DNA of 64,000 nucleotides from Gemmatimonadaceae bacterium (GTDB lineage: Bacteria; Gemmatimonadota; Gemmatimonadetes; Gemmatimonadales; Gemmatimonadaceae), in contig JBGAJQ010000005.1 in the NCBI GenBank assembly GCA_044224875.1, positions 1-64,000 of the forward strand, given 5' to 3'. A model generated the notes under the pieces. It did no database searches. It saw only the letters and a program-made list of their open reading frames with translations, and was not told the DNA's origin. Below, piece by piece: positions 19,852 through 30,072 of this stretch (positions within the stretch are counted from its first letter, which is position 1; each line of letters opens with the position of its first letter). The position numbers and the translations under genes are program-made.

Positions 19852-21576
19852 TTAGTGCGCGACGTCCGGTGGCTTTGCCACGGGCGTCGCGAGTGGGGTG
19901 GGGGTGCGATTCGCCATGTGGTTGCGCGCGAAGTCGAGCGCGTCGTCGAGATCCATGAAGATGTGCTCTGCCCCCAGTTCGTCGATGAGCGGCGAGCGTT
20001 CCACGGCAGCGAGTGGCTGGGTGTGAATCTCGGAAAGCAGGACCATGCTCCGGTCATGTTGCGCGCGACGCACGACATCACGGAGCGCGCGTAGTCCGGT
20101 CGAGTCCAGCAGCGAGACGTCGCGCATCCGGATGATGAGGACCTTCGGACGCCGGGCCACCGTAGAGAGCGTGTCCTTGAAGGTCTCCGCCGCCCCAAAG
20201 AAGAATGCGCCGCTCACCTCGAAGACTTCCACGCCGGCCGGAATGTCGCGCCGCGAGGAATCCTCACTCGCCTCGTCCCCGTCGGCTTCGCGCAGGGCCT
20301 TGGTCACGGCGTTGACGTTGGTGACCTCGGCCATGCGATGCATGAAGAGGAACGACGCGAGGACCATGCCGACTTCGATGGCCACCGTCAGGTCAACCAG
20401 GACCGTCAGCGTGAACGCGGTGAGCAGGACGGCGACGTCGGCGCGTGGCGCGCGCAATTCGTCCGCGAAGGTGCGCCACTCGCTCATGTGGTATGCCACC
20501 ACCAGCAGGATGGCCGCGAGCGTGGCCATGGGGATGAGGGCGGCCAACCGACCGAAAAAGAGCGTGACCAGGAGCAGGACGACCGCGTGGACGATGCCGG
20601 CGATGGGGGTGCGACCTCCGTTCTTCACGTTGGTGGCGGTGCGGGCAATGGCGCCGGTCGCGGGGATCCCGCCAAATAGCGGCGATGCGATATTCGCCAC
20701 CCCTTGGGCGACCAGCTCCATGTTCGACCGGTGCCGCGCGCCGATCATTCCGTCAGCAACAACAGCGCTCAACAAGGACTCGATCGCGCCCAGCAAGGCG
20801 ATACTGAAGGCGGGCGACACCAGACGGGTGGCGTCCTCCAGGGAGATGTGCGGGACTACCGGATGGGGCAGGGAGGACGGCAACGTCCCGAACCGGCTGC
20901 CGACAGTCTCAACCGGCAGCTTGAAGAGGGCCACGACCGCGGTTGTCAACACGAGCGCCACGAACGGGGCCGGAACACGCCGGTTCACTCGCGGGAAGTA
21001 GACGACAATCAGCAGGGCGCCGACGCCGACGCCTAACGCCGTCGGTGTCGTGGTTCCCAGTCTCGACCCGAGCGCCACAAGGCGCTCCAGGAAGTTCGCC
21101 GGGACCGAGGCCAGCTCGAGTCCGAAGAAATCCTTGATCTGCGATGAGGCGATCACCACTGCGATGCCGCTCGTGAAGCCGGTGATCACTGGGGTGGGAA
21201 TGAACTTGATCACCTGCCCCAGGCGCGCGAGTCCCATCGCCACGAGCATCACCCCAGCCATCAGGGTCGCGACCGTCAGTCCTTCCAACCCAAAGCGTTG
21301 CACAATGCCGTACACGATCACGACGAAGGCGCCGGTTGGCCCACCAATCTGTACGCGCGAGCCCCCGAGGCTCGAGATCACGAAACCGGCGACGATTGCC
21401 GTGTACAGGCCACGCTCCGGCGTCACGCCGCTGGCGATGGCGAACGCAATGGCCAGGGGTAGCGCCACGATCCCCACGACGGTCCCCGCGGTAAGGTCCG
21501 CCAAAAACTGACGGCGGTCGTAGGAACGCATCGTCGTAAACAGCTTGGGGACGAAGGTCAGTGCTCGCTCAGACAT
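19852..21576 (-). CDS. SulP family anion transporter with STAS domain
   Basis: DLTAGTVVGIVALPLAIAFAIASG, QIGGPTGAF, GAIARTATN and STAS (DSTGL). Confidence 0.93.
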   Translation of the reverse strand: MSERALTFVPKLFTTMRSYDRRQFLADLTAGTVVGIVALPLAIAFAIASGVTPERGLYTAIVAGFVISSLGGSRVQIGGPTGAFVVIVYGIVQRFGLEGLTVATLMAGVMLVAMGLARLGQVIKFIPTPVITGFTSGIAVVIASSQIKDFFGLELASVPANFLERLVALGSRLGTTTPTALGVGVGALLIVVYFPRVNRRVPAPFVALVLTTAVVALFKLPVETVGSRFGTLPSSLPHPVVPHISLEDATRLVSPAFSIALLGAIESLLSAVVADGMIGARHRSNMELVAQGVANIASPLFGGIPATGAIARTATNVKNGGRTPIAGIVHAVVLLLVTLFFGRLAALIPMATLAAILLVVAYHMSEWRTFADELRAPRADVAVLLTAFTLTVLVDLTVAIEVGMVLASFLFMHRMAEVTNVNAVTKALREADGDEASEDSSRRDIPAGVEVFEVSGAFFFGAAETFKDTLSTVARRPKVLIIRMRDVSLLDSTGLRALRDVVRRAQHDRSMVLLSEIHTQPLAAVERSPLIDELGAEHIFMDLDDALDFARNHMANRTPTPLATPVAKPPDVAH

Positions 21577-21783
21577 CGCCGTGGTGAAGTATCTGTGACC
21601 TCGCGTCCTGTGGGTTGCGACGTAAGTGGTTCGCGCGCTTCAGGCCGCCGATGCGGACCGCTGCCGCTGCAACTTAGCACACCCGGGCCCGCGTCGCGTG
21701 CGCGGACGGCATAACTTTACTCGCAGGATGTCTCCGGATGGCGGTGCAAGGTGCCGGAGGCCGGACCCTCAATTCCTGGGCTC

Positions 21784-22305
21784 ATGACACAACGAATGGC
21801 AGCGGCGCTCGCCCGGGCGGAGTCGGCCCGACACGATCTGTTGGCGCTGGTGAGCCAGCTGGATGACGCCGCGCTTGCTCATCGACCGAATCCCTCGTCG
21901 TGGACGCCACTGGAGGTGCTGGAGCACCTCCGCCTGAGTGAGGAGAATATCGCCAGGCTGCTGGCGCACCGCATGATGCGCGCGAAGGAAGGCGGCCTAA
22001 CGCCGAGCAGTCCACCCGACGACGACTCGGGCGACACGATCGTTCTGGGCAAGGGTCGTGCGGACGCGCCGGAGATTCTCGTTCCCCAAGCGTCCCTGTC
22101 GCGTGATGGCGTGTTGGGAGGCTTGGCAGCGACGCGTCAGGCGCTGCGAGCGCTCTGTTCGAACGTGGATGCCTTCGACGGCACACGGGTGGTGGCGCGA
22201 CACATCGTCCTCGGGGAAATCCACTTCTACCAGTGGATCCATTTCATCGGCGCTCACGAAGAACGTCATCGGCAGCAAATTGTCCGAATTCTTGAAGGCA
22301 CATGA
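21784..22305 (+). CDS. DinB/YfiT-like family protein
   Basis: WTPLEVLEHL...HEERHRQQ His triad. Confidence 0.8.
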   Translation: MTQRMAAALARAESARHDLLALVSQLDDAALAHRPNPSSWTPLEVLEHLRLSEENIARLLAHRMMRAKEGGLTPSSPPDDDSGDTIVLGKGRADAPEILVPQASLSRDGVLGGLAATRQALRALCSNVDAFDGTRVVARHIVLGEIHFYQWIHFIGAHEERHRQQIVRILEGT

Positions 22306-22847
22306 GCGTCTTTTCGAATGCCGTCGGCTCGGCGCGCGAAAACGCCGACGCGTACAAGAGCGCGCTACTCGACTTGCTCGGAGATCGCGATCCGATCGCG
22401 GTTTTTTCCGAGCTGCCGGACGACGTCGCGGAGCAAACCGCCTTCCTGAGCGACGAGGATGCGCGCCGGCCTGAGCGCGAAGGCAAGTGGTCCATACTCC
22501 AGGTGATCGAGCACCTGATCGACTCCGAGATCGTGTACGGGTATCGCTCACGCTTGATCCTTGCCAACCCGGGGATCGATATCGTGGGCTACGACCAGGA
22601 CCGGTGGGCCGAGACACTTGGCTACCAACGCGAATCACTCACCCATGCCATTCCGGAACTTCGTGTGCTGAGAGGCCGCAATCTTCGGCTGCTCAAGCGA
22701 CTGACGGACAGCGAGCTCGATCGGTATGGCATGCATAACGAGCGCGGACGCGAGAGTCTGCGCGACATGGTGCGCCTGCTCGCTGGACACGACCTGTTGC
22801 ATCGCGCGCAGATCGCCCGAATTCGCAGCGCCCTCGGTTATGCCTGA
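22302..22847 (+). CDS. DinB/YfiT-like family protein
   Basis: GKWSILQVIEHL, YDQDRWA and GHDLLHRAQI; ATGA overlap with the previous gene. Confidence 0.85.
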   Translation: MSVFSNAVGSARENADAYKSALLDLLGDRDPIAVFSELPDDVAEQTAFLSDEDARRPEREGKWSILQVIEHLIDSEIVYGYRSRLILANPGIDIVGYDQDRWAETLGYQRESLTHAIPELRVLRGRNLRLLKRLTDSELDRYGMHNERGRESLRDMVRLLAGHDLLHRAQIARIRSALGYA

Positions 22848-23226
22848 CGCACGTCGACTGCAACGACTCCCAGGAGCTTACGCGGTCTGCCGGCTGGAGC
22901 CCAACGCCGGGCTGCCGTTCTGGTGCGTGAAGTCGGAGCCTCTGCTCGCGTACACACGAACACCGGAAGAGACGTCAGTGGTGTGCCTCCAAGAGTTGGT
23001 GCCGGCGTCGATCCGCGCCGAGCGGGGGTTCTGCGCCTGGCGGGTGGCCGGCACGATCGACTTTTCTGTAACGGGCGTTATGTCGGCGCTCACAACGCCG
23101 CTGGCAGACGCAGGAATTTCCGTGTTCGCTCTCTCGACGTTCGACACGGACTACCTGCTCGTTCCGGACGAGAACCGGGAGCGCGCGGAGGCCGTGCTCT
23201 CGCGCGCCGGGTTCAGCTTGTCGTAA
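22840..23226 (+). CDS. Tandem ACT-domain protein (CASTOR/ACT_7-like)
   Basis: RTPEETSVVC and LADAGISVFALSTFDTDYLLV. Confidence 0.85.
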   Translation: MPDARRLQRLPGAYAVCRLEPNAGLPFWCVKSEPLLAYTRTPEETSVVCLQELVPASIRAERGFCAWRVAGTIDFSVTGVMSALTTPLADAGISVFALSTFDTDYLLVPDENRERAEAVLSRAGFSLS

Positions 23227-23236
23227 TGGAGCGCCG

Positions 23237-23614
23237 CTAGGCGGGCGGAGCGTCCGGGATGTCGTGCAGTGGCGGCGGATCGCTCTTGCGAGAGGAAAGC
23301 AGCCAGTTCACGATCCAGACCACTAGCAGGATCGGCAGCGCGATCTTGAGCGCGGCAAAGCCGACCGAGACGATCGTGAAGAGGATCGAAAGCAGGAAGC
23401 CACCCACCACGAAGACGAGCAAGATCGGCAGCCCGATCACTGCGAGTACCACGAGAATCGGCACCGCCAAGATCAGGAGCAGCAAGAGCATGGGGAGCCC
23501 GATGGCCTTGAGCACGAAGGCAATCGGAATGAGCCACGCCAAGGAGCCTAGTGCCTTCAATAGCACCTTGAATACGGCCCACTTGGCGAGCAAGGACTTG
23601 ATCAATGCCCACAT
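23237..23614 (-). CDS. Hypothetical, highly hydrophobic membrane protein
   Basis: 125 aa of almost continuous hydrophobic helices. Confidence 0.65.
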   Translation of the reverse strand: MWALIKSLLAKWAVFKVLLKALGSLAWLIPIAFVLKAIGLPMLLLLLILAVPILVVLAVIGLPILLVFVVGGFLLSILFTIVSVGFAALKIALPILLVVWIVNWLLSSRKSDPPPLHDIPDAPPA

Positions 23615-23794
23615 GACACCGGTCTCCGTGCGGTTTGGTGTCAGGCCATACGGCGGGTTGGGCGGTCGAGTTTCCGGCCGGCAGCCCTCGGCGCATCCGG
23701 ACGGCGGCGCGATCCGCGGTGAGCGCGGCCCGCACGGGTTGCCCGGCGCTTAATTTCCTTCGTCCTGCCCCCAAATTCGGAGTCGAGGCACCAC

Positions 23795-25663
23795 ATGGCA
23801 GACGCCAAGAAGCCTACAAAAAAGAAAATCAACTTCTCGCGTGCCTGGGCCGAGGCGCGGGAGCTGCTCTGGCGACACCGCCAATCGCTGTCGATCGGCT
23901 TTCTCTTGATGATCGTGAGCCGTCTGGCCGGACTGGTGTTACCCGCCAGCTCCAAGTGGCTCATCGACGAAGTGTTGGGCAAGGGGCGCGTGGAACTCCT
24001 GACCCCGTTGGCATTGGCGGTGGGTGCCGCCACGGTGGTGAATGCGGTGACGTCCTTCGCGCTGTCGCAGGTGGTGAGCATTGCCGCGCAACGCGCCATC
24101 ACGGACATGCGCATTGCCGTGCAGCGCCACGTGATGCGACTGCCGGTGTCGTACTTCGATTCCACGAAGACGGGGATCCTGATCACGCGGATCATGTCTG
24201 ATGCCGAAGGGATCCGCAACCTCGTGGGAACGGGCATCGTGCAACTGGTGGGTGGCTTCCTTACCGCGATACTGGCGTTAGGCTACCTGTTCTACCTGAA
24301 CTGGCGGCTGACGGCGATCACGATTGTCATGCTCGCCGCCTTTGGTCTCATGATGGCGATCGCCTTCAAGCGCCTGCGCCCGATCTTCCGCAAACGGAGT
24401 GAGATCAACGCCGAGGTCACAGGTCGTCTGGGTGAATCCATCGGTGGCGTGCGCATCGTGAAGGTGTACAGCGCCGAGGATCGTGAAGAGTCGACTTTCC
24501 GGAGCGGCGCCGAACGGCTGTTCGAGAATGTGAGGCAAACCATCACCGGAACGTCCGCCGTCGGGGCCGGGACTACGGTCATCGTTGGCGCCATCGGCGT
24601 CTTGTTGATCGTGATGGGTGGCCGCGCGATCATCGCCGGACAAATGACGTTAGGCGAATTCGTCACGTACATCTTCTTTATTGGCATGGTGGCGGCGCCG
24701 CTGGTGAGCATCGCCTCCATCGGCACGCAGATCACCGAGGCGTTCGCCGGGCTGGACCGCATTCGCGAGATCCGGGATACGGCGCGTGAGGATGCCGACG
24801 ACGCTCGCCGTCTGCCGGTTCCCGAGCTGATGGGCGATGTAGCCTTCAAGGACGTGTCGTTCGCGTACGTCAATGACGTGCCGGTACTCCATGACGTGTC
24901 GTTCCACGCACCGGCGGGGTCCACGACGGCCCTCGTTGGGTCCAGCGGAGCGGGGAAGAGCACGCTCATTGGCCTCGTCATGGCGTTCAACCGACCGAAG
25001 TCCGGCCAGGTCCTCGTGGATGGTCGGGACCTCGAGGAGCTTCGCTTGCATGAGTATCGCGCGCACCTTGGTGTCGTCATGCAGGACAACTTCCTTTTCG
25101 ACGGGAGCATCCGGGACAACATCGCCTACGCGAACCCCGAGGCAACGCTGGAGGACGTGAAGCGGGTGGCACGGGTCGCGCACGTCGACGAGTTCGTCGA
25201 GCCGTGGGAGAACGGGTACGACACGATCGTTGGCGAGCGCGGGGTGAAGCTGTCGGGGGGGCAGCGGCAGCGTGTGGCGATTGCCCGGGCGATCCTGGCG
25301 AACCCACGGATCCTCATCCTGGACGAAGCGACGTCCAGCCTGGATTCCGAGAGTGAGGCGATGATTCGCGACGGGCTCCAGAATCTTCGTCGCGGACGGA
25401 CCACATTCGTGATTGCGCACCGCCTGTCGACGATCGAGAGTGCAGACCAGATCCTCGTCATGGAACATGGAGAGATCGTGGAACGCGGCTCACACGCCGA
25501 GCTGATGACCCTCAATGGGCGATACCGCGAGTTGCACGACCGCCAGTACGGCATTGAACAGGACCGATTCATCAATCCGGGCGAGGATTTCACCCCAGAG
25601 CCCGAGAATGTGCGTGAGGAGGCGATGAAGGCCGCGGGCCCGGGCGCGCGGCGCAGCAGCTGA
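23795..25663 (+). CDS. ABC exporter, fused permease/ATPase (MsbA-like family)
   Basis: TMD plus Walker A GSSGAGKS, LSGGQRQR, ILDEATS and IAHRLST. Confidence 0.93.
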   Translation: MADAKKPTKKKINFSRAWAEARELLWRHRQSLSIGFLLMIVSRLAGLVLPASSKWLIDEVLGKGRVELLTPLALAVGAATVVNAVTSFALSQVVSIAAQRAITDMRIAVQRHVMRLPVSYFDSTKTGILITRIMSDAEGIRNLVGTGIVQLVGGFLTAILALGYLFYLNWRLTAITIVMLAAFGLMMAIAFKRLRPIFRKRSEINAEVTGRLGESIGGVRIVKVYSAEDREESTFRSGAERLFENVRQTITGTSAVGAGTTVIVGAIGVLLIVMGGRAIIAGQMTLGEFVTYIFFIGMVAAPLVSIASIGTQITEAFAGLDRIREIRDTAREDADDARRLPVPELMGDVAFKDVSFAYVNDVPVLHDVSFHAPAGSTTALVGSSGAGKSTLIGLVMAFNRPKSGQVLVDGRDLEELRLHEYRAHLGVVMQDNFLFDGSIRDNIAYANPEATLEDVKRVARVAHVDEFVEPWENGYDTIVGERGVKLSGGQRQRVAIARAILANPRILILDEATSSLDSESEAMIRDGLQNLRRGRTTFVIAHRLSTIESADQILVMEHGEIVERGSHAELMTLNGRYRELHDRQYGIEQDRFINPGEDFTPEPENVREEAMKAAGPGARRSS

Positions 25664-25686
25664 CGACGCACGGAGGCCCGAGCCGG

Positions 25687-27480
25687 ATGGCGAGCCGCCC
25701 CGATCCCACGCCCGGTCCTGCCCCGCGGGCCATGCTCTGGATCGTGGTCGTGGCAGCCGGGCTGGGTGCACTCGGGGAGACCGGGTTGCGGCTGGCGACT
25801 CGCCTCCTTGGCCGCCCGACGTACTTGAACCCTCAGGCGGTCTGGCTGGCGCCATTGTTTGGGCTGGCGGTCTTGGCGATCCCCGCCGCCATCTGCCTGG
25901 TGGTCCTGCCTCGCGGCCGCCGGGTCGCCGGGTTGGTGTTGGTTGGCGCCACCTTTGCCCTCGTCGAGGTGCTCTGGCTGCTCCCGCGCTTGGCGCCGTG
26001 GGCCACGACAGTTGTTGCTGTCGGCGTGGCCGTGGAGCTCGCGCGTCGGGCGCACGCGCACACCACCCAGGCGCTTCGGCTGGCGCAGCGTGCTGGGGCG
26101 CTGGTGATCGCTGTCTCCGCCGCCTTGGCGATCGGTGTGAATGCCCGGCGCGTCCTACGTGAGCAACATGCGCTGTCCCGAGCGCCTGCGCCGGCGACGT
26201 CGCCGAATGTGTTGCTGGTTGTACTCGACGCGGTTCGTGCCGAGGGAATGGGGGTGTTCGGAGGACCCGTCCCCAACACGCCCTTCCTGTCGCGCTTGGC
26301 ATCGCAATGCACCGTCTTCGATCGGGCCATCGCCCCCGCCTCGTGGACGCTGCCGTCGCACGCGTCCATGTTCACCGGTCGCTGGCCCGCCGAACTGGAC
26401 GCCGACTGGGCCGTGCCGCTGGATGCCCGCGAACCCGTGTTGGCAGAGCAGCTCGGCAACCGCGGTTACCGAACTGGTGCAGCTGTCGGTAACTACCTGT
26501 ACACGTACTACGAGTTCGGACTCCAACGTGGCTTTGCCCACTACGACGATTACGGCATCTCGGCGTCGGAGAGCGCCCTCCGAAATGTCGTGGGCGACCG
26601 GTTGGCACGCGGCTGGAATGCCATGACGCGAAGCTATGTGGTGCCGGGTCGCAAGGACGCCACGCGCATCCGCCGTGATGCGTTGCGGTGGGTGGACGAC
26701 GTCGGCGAGCATCCCTTTTTCCTGTTCGTGAACCTCTACGACGCGCATGACCCGTATGCCCCACCCGCGCCCTGGCGAGACGCCTTCATGACGTCGGAGC
26801 CGCCGACGCGCGCGTTGGGCGATCTCGAACAGCACCTGGATACGGCGTCGGTGAATGGGCTCCGGACGGCGTACCATGGAGCCATCGGCTATCTCGATGC
26901 CGAGGTGGATTCCCTCCTGCGCGGGCTGGAGTCGCGAAAGCTGCGGGAACGCACGGTCGTGATCATCACGGCGGATCACGGCGAGGAGTTTGCCGAACAC
27001 CGGCGGCTGCAACACGGCAACACCCTCTACTATCCGTCGGTGCACGTCCCCTTGATGGTGTGCCCGCCCAAGCTTCCGCCGGAGGGCGCGCGGCGGGTGA
27101 GCGACGCGGTGACCCTGCGTGACCTTCCCGCCACCGTCTTGAAGCTGACGGAATCCCCCGAGGCGGTCGCTTCGCTGCCTGGGCGGAGCCTGGATGCCTA
27201 CTGGCGCGGCAAGAGCGCTCCCTCGTGCCGGTCCAAGGCCGTCTCCTTTGTCCGCCGCACCCCGGGCGCCTCCAACTGGTACCGGGGCGCGAACGAGTCC
27301 CTGACCTCGCTCGTGGAAGGCGATTTTCACCTGATTCGCACCGATCAGGGGTCGGAGGAGCTGTTCAACGTCACGGCGGATCCCTTTGAGCAGCACGACC
27401 TCACCCAGGTGGCGGGCATGGATACCACCCTGGCCCGCCTCCGCGAGTCGCTCGCCCACCCGGACGCCTGCGCGAAGTAG
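25687..27480 (+). CDS. Membrane-anchored sulfatase-like / alkaline-phosphatase superfamily enzyme
   Basis: About 5 N-terminal TMs; NVLLVVLDAVR, SWTLPSHASMFTG, DAHDPY, TADHGE and HG. Confidence 0.85.
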   Translation: MASRPDPTPGPAPRAMLWIVVVAAGLGALGETGLRLATRLLGRPTYLNPQAVWLAPLFGLAVLAIPAAICLVVLPRGRRVAGLVLVGATFALVEVLWLLPRLAPWATTVVAVGVAVELARRAHAHTTQALRLAQRAGALVIAVSAALAIGVNARRVLREQHALSRAPAPATSPNVLLVVLDAVRAEGMGVFGGPVPNTPFLSRLASQCTVFDRAIAPASWTLPSHASMFTGRWPAELDADWAVPLDAREPVLAEQLGNRGYRTGAAVGNYLYTYYEFGLQRGFAHYDDYGISASESALRNVVGDRLARGWNAMTRSYVVPGRKDATRIRRDALRWVDDVGEHPFFLFVNLYDAHDPYAPPAPWRDAFMTSEPPTRALGDLEQHLDTASVNGLRTAYHGAIGYLDAEVDSLLRGLESRKLRERTVVIITADHGEEFAEHRRLQHGNTLYYPSVHVPLMVCPPKLPPEGARRVSDAVTLRDLPATVLKLTESPEAVASLPGRSLDAYWRGKSAPSCRSKAVSFVRRTPGASNWYRGANESLTSLVEGDFHLIRTDQGSEELFNVTADPFEQHDLTQVAGMDTTLARLRESLAHPDACAK

Positions 27481-27999
27481 CCCCGGCACCGTCTCTGTCG
27501 GCGGAGCTCTGCGGGCGCTTACGTGGCCGAAGCAACGGCCAGCTCAATCCCTGTATGGCCTCGGGTCGCGAGACTCCGCTCGTCCGACCACAACGCGCCG
27601 GAATTCCGCTCAGTACGTGCAGCTATTGAGGCGCATTCAAGCGCTGGTAGGCGCGCGTAACCGTTTAATTGACTTGCAGTTACGCGACTTCGACGCCGTG
27701 TTTCTACCCAGCTTCAACTCGTCCCGATTCGACACATTGCGGCTGTGTTGGGAGTCGGAAAACGCAGACACAACGGTGCCGCAACGTCCGGTCGACCCCC
27801 CTTTTCCGACCGACCCGCCGACGGGACGAGGGTAGAGGGCTGTTTAGCTGCGATTCCTCTGGGGCACGAGGGCGCGAAAATGGTCCGCCACCCGGGGAAG
27901 AAACGGTAACCGTGAACCGTCGGTAGGCGTCTTGATCTTGATGGAGGCACCTGTCGTTCGCCCGCGGGCACGCGAACGAGAATCCTGACGCACCTACCG

Positions 28000-30072
28000 C
28001 TGAGCACACACACAGCAAACACGCCGACGAAATCGACGGCACTGGCTGGCGAACTCGCCGAGCTGGTGCTGGAATTGGCGTTGTCCCTGCACAAGCGCGC
28101 GATCTACCCGGCGGGCCATCCGCTGTTGCGCGGTGCGGTGGACTCCCTGTGGAACCGGGTGAAGCGCGCCGTGGACGGACGCGGCGTGGTGTCGATGGGC
28201 GTCGCACGCCACCAGCTGATCGTTGAAGGCGTCGCGACCGACGAGGCGCACCCGCTCCTCCGTGAATTGGCGTCGCACCTGCACGAGCATCAGATCGCGG
28301 CGCTGCGGTTCCATCAGGGGGTCGAGCGCGACGAGATCGACGACCTACTGGGCACCCTCGCCGTTGCTGCTGCCCGCGTCGACCGGCCGCTCGGCACCTT
28401 GGGCCCGGAGGTCCTGTCGCGATGGCGTCACATCGCCCTCTTCCCCGCGTCGTTCGAGCAGTTGGAGCTGGTGGAGGACGAAGCGGACGAGCTGATGACG
28501 CAGGACGACTCGCCCGAGGCGCAGCAGCTGTGGCTGGGCTTGGCCCGCGCCGCACTCGCCGGACATGGAGAGTTCGGCGAGGAAGATGCGGATGCGTACG
28601 ATCCAACGCGGGTGGCTCGCGCGATCGACTCGCGTCGCGGGGAACGCGCGTACGAACAAGTGGTGATCGGCTATTTCTTGCAGGTGACGGCCGAGCTGGA
28701 CAAGCTGCCCAAAGGCACCAAGAGCGCTGAGCGACTGCGTTCGCGGGTGTCGTCGCTGTTGTCCTCACTGAATCCCGATACGCTCGCCCGGCTGATGGAA
28801 ATGGGTGGCGATCAGTCGCAACGCGGCCAGTTCCTCAAACAAGCGACGGACCACCTGTCGGCGTCCGCCGTGTTGGACCTGGTGCGGGCGAGCGCCACGG
28901 TCTCCAGCCGCACGATCTCGGATGCCATGATGCGCCTGCTGACCAAGTTGGCGCGCAATGCCAGCGGCGTTCGCAACGAGGGCACCAGTGCCGATCGCCT
29001 GCTTCGCTCGCAGGTGCGCAGCATGCTGGAAGGGTGGACGCTCGACGACCCCAATCCGGACGGCTACAGCGAGTTGCTGCGCGGCATCGGGCATTCCGAG
29101 AACCGTAGCGAAGTGGATCGGGAGCGCGATACCTGCGAGCCCGAACGCATCGTGGAGTTGTCATCCGAGGTGAACGTCATTGGGCCGGCGACGGAAACGG
29201 CGATCACGCGTTGGGTTGCACGTGACGGCATGGCCGCCGTGCTCGATCGCCTCACCGTCTTGCCATCGGGAGAGATTCGCGAGCGGCTGATCGACTCGCT
29301 CGTGAACGGCGCCCTGCTGGGCGAGCAGCTCCAGTCGGACCGCCCGGACGTCCGCGTCCTCGAACACGCGGTGCTTCGACTGCGCGAACGGGCCACCGAG
29401 CCATTGCTCGACGCCCTGGCACGTCGTGACGAGCGGGACGCCGGATGGCTCGCCGACCTGCTGAGTCGCACGGGTTCTGCGGGCCTGGGGATCATTCTCA
29501 AGACCTTGATGAAGCGGGCCCCGTTCGTGCAGCGCGTGCTGCTAGGGGTCCTCGATCGCGCCGACGAGGTGCCGCTGGACTCCGACCTGGATGAGCTCAC
29601 GCGCTCCGATGACGTGGCGCTGCGACGCGAGGCGTTGCGGCTGATGATGAAGCAGGCCGGGACGCGCGAAACCGCGATGCTGCGCGCCTTGCGCGATCGG
29701 GACGAAAAGACGGTGTCGCTGGCCCTCGCACAGGCGCTCCGTCAGGCGTCCGCGCCGGTGGCAGCAGCGATCATGGCGCGCATCGACAGCGGAGCCGACC
29801 TGACGCCAGACATGCGAAGCCGAGGCGTTCGCGCAGTGGCGGCGTCCGGAAGCGATTCGGTAGTGCGCTGGTTGCGCGACCTCGCCATCACGCAGCATTG
29901 GCTGTTGCGGTATTCGAAACTTCGCAAGCCCTCGCCAGAGAGCGTGGCCGCGGTGGCCGGGTTGGCCGCGCACTGGGCTGACCACGTGGACGCGTCGCTG
30001 GCGCTGGTGCTCGCCAAGCGCAGCAGCGATGCGGCCTATCGACACGCGGTGCGCCGCGGGGAGGAGCGGTGA
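28000..30072 (+). CDS. Alpha-helical/HEAT-repeat-like protein, partner of the HD-GYP gene (start uncertain: CTG 28000 or GTG 28066)
   Basis: Long ORF; C-terminal HEAT-like units (DDVALRREAL, ALRDRDEKTV); GTGA overlap with the HD-GYP gene. Confidence 0.75.
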   Translation: MSTHTANTPTKSTALAGELAELVLELALSLHKRAIYPAGHPLLRGAVDSLWNRVKRAVDGRGVVSMGVARHQLIVEGVATDEAHPLLRELASHLHEHQIAALRFHQGVERDEIDDLLGTLAVAAARVDRPLGTLGPEVLSRWRHIALFPASFEQLELVEDEADELMTQDDSPEAQQLWLGLARAALAGHGEFGEEDADAYDPTRVARAIDSRRGERAYEQVVIGYFLQVTAELDKLPKGTKSAERLRSRVSSLLSSLNPDTLARLMEMGGDQSQRGQFLKQATDHLSASAVLDLVRASATVSSRTISDAMMRLLTKLARNASGVRNEGTSADRLLRSQVRSMLEGWTLDDPNPDGYSELLRGIGHSENRSEVDRERDTCEPERIVELSSEVNVIGPATETAITRWVARDGMAAVLDRLTVLPSGEIRERLIDSLVNGALLGEQLQSDRPDVRVLEHAVLRLRERATEPLLDALARRDERDAGWLADLLSRTGSAGLGIILKTLMKRAPFVQRVLLGVLDRADEVPLDSDLDELTRSDDVALRREALRLMMKQAGTRETAMLRALRDRDEKTVSLALAQALRQASAPVAAAIMARIDSGADLTPDMRSRGVRAVAASGSDSVVRWLRDLAITQHWLLRYSKLRKPSPESVAAVAGLAAHWADHVDASLALVLAKRSSDAAYRHAVRRGEER

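Noticed and set aside
21784..22847. 'DinB' proteins as an SOS/mutagenesis cassette with Pol IV
   Set aside because: These are DinB/YfiT four-helix metalloproteins, unrelated to DNA polymerase IV; only the name is shared.
26155..27489. 444-aa antisense ORF, and many similar long shadow ORFs (e.g. 14360-15772, 43252-44577, 55853-57310)
   Set aside because: They lie antisense to well-supported genes, have no recognisable motifs, and are expected in high-GC DNA.
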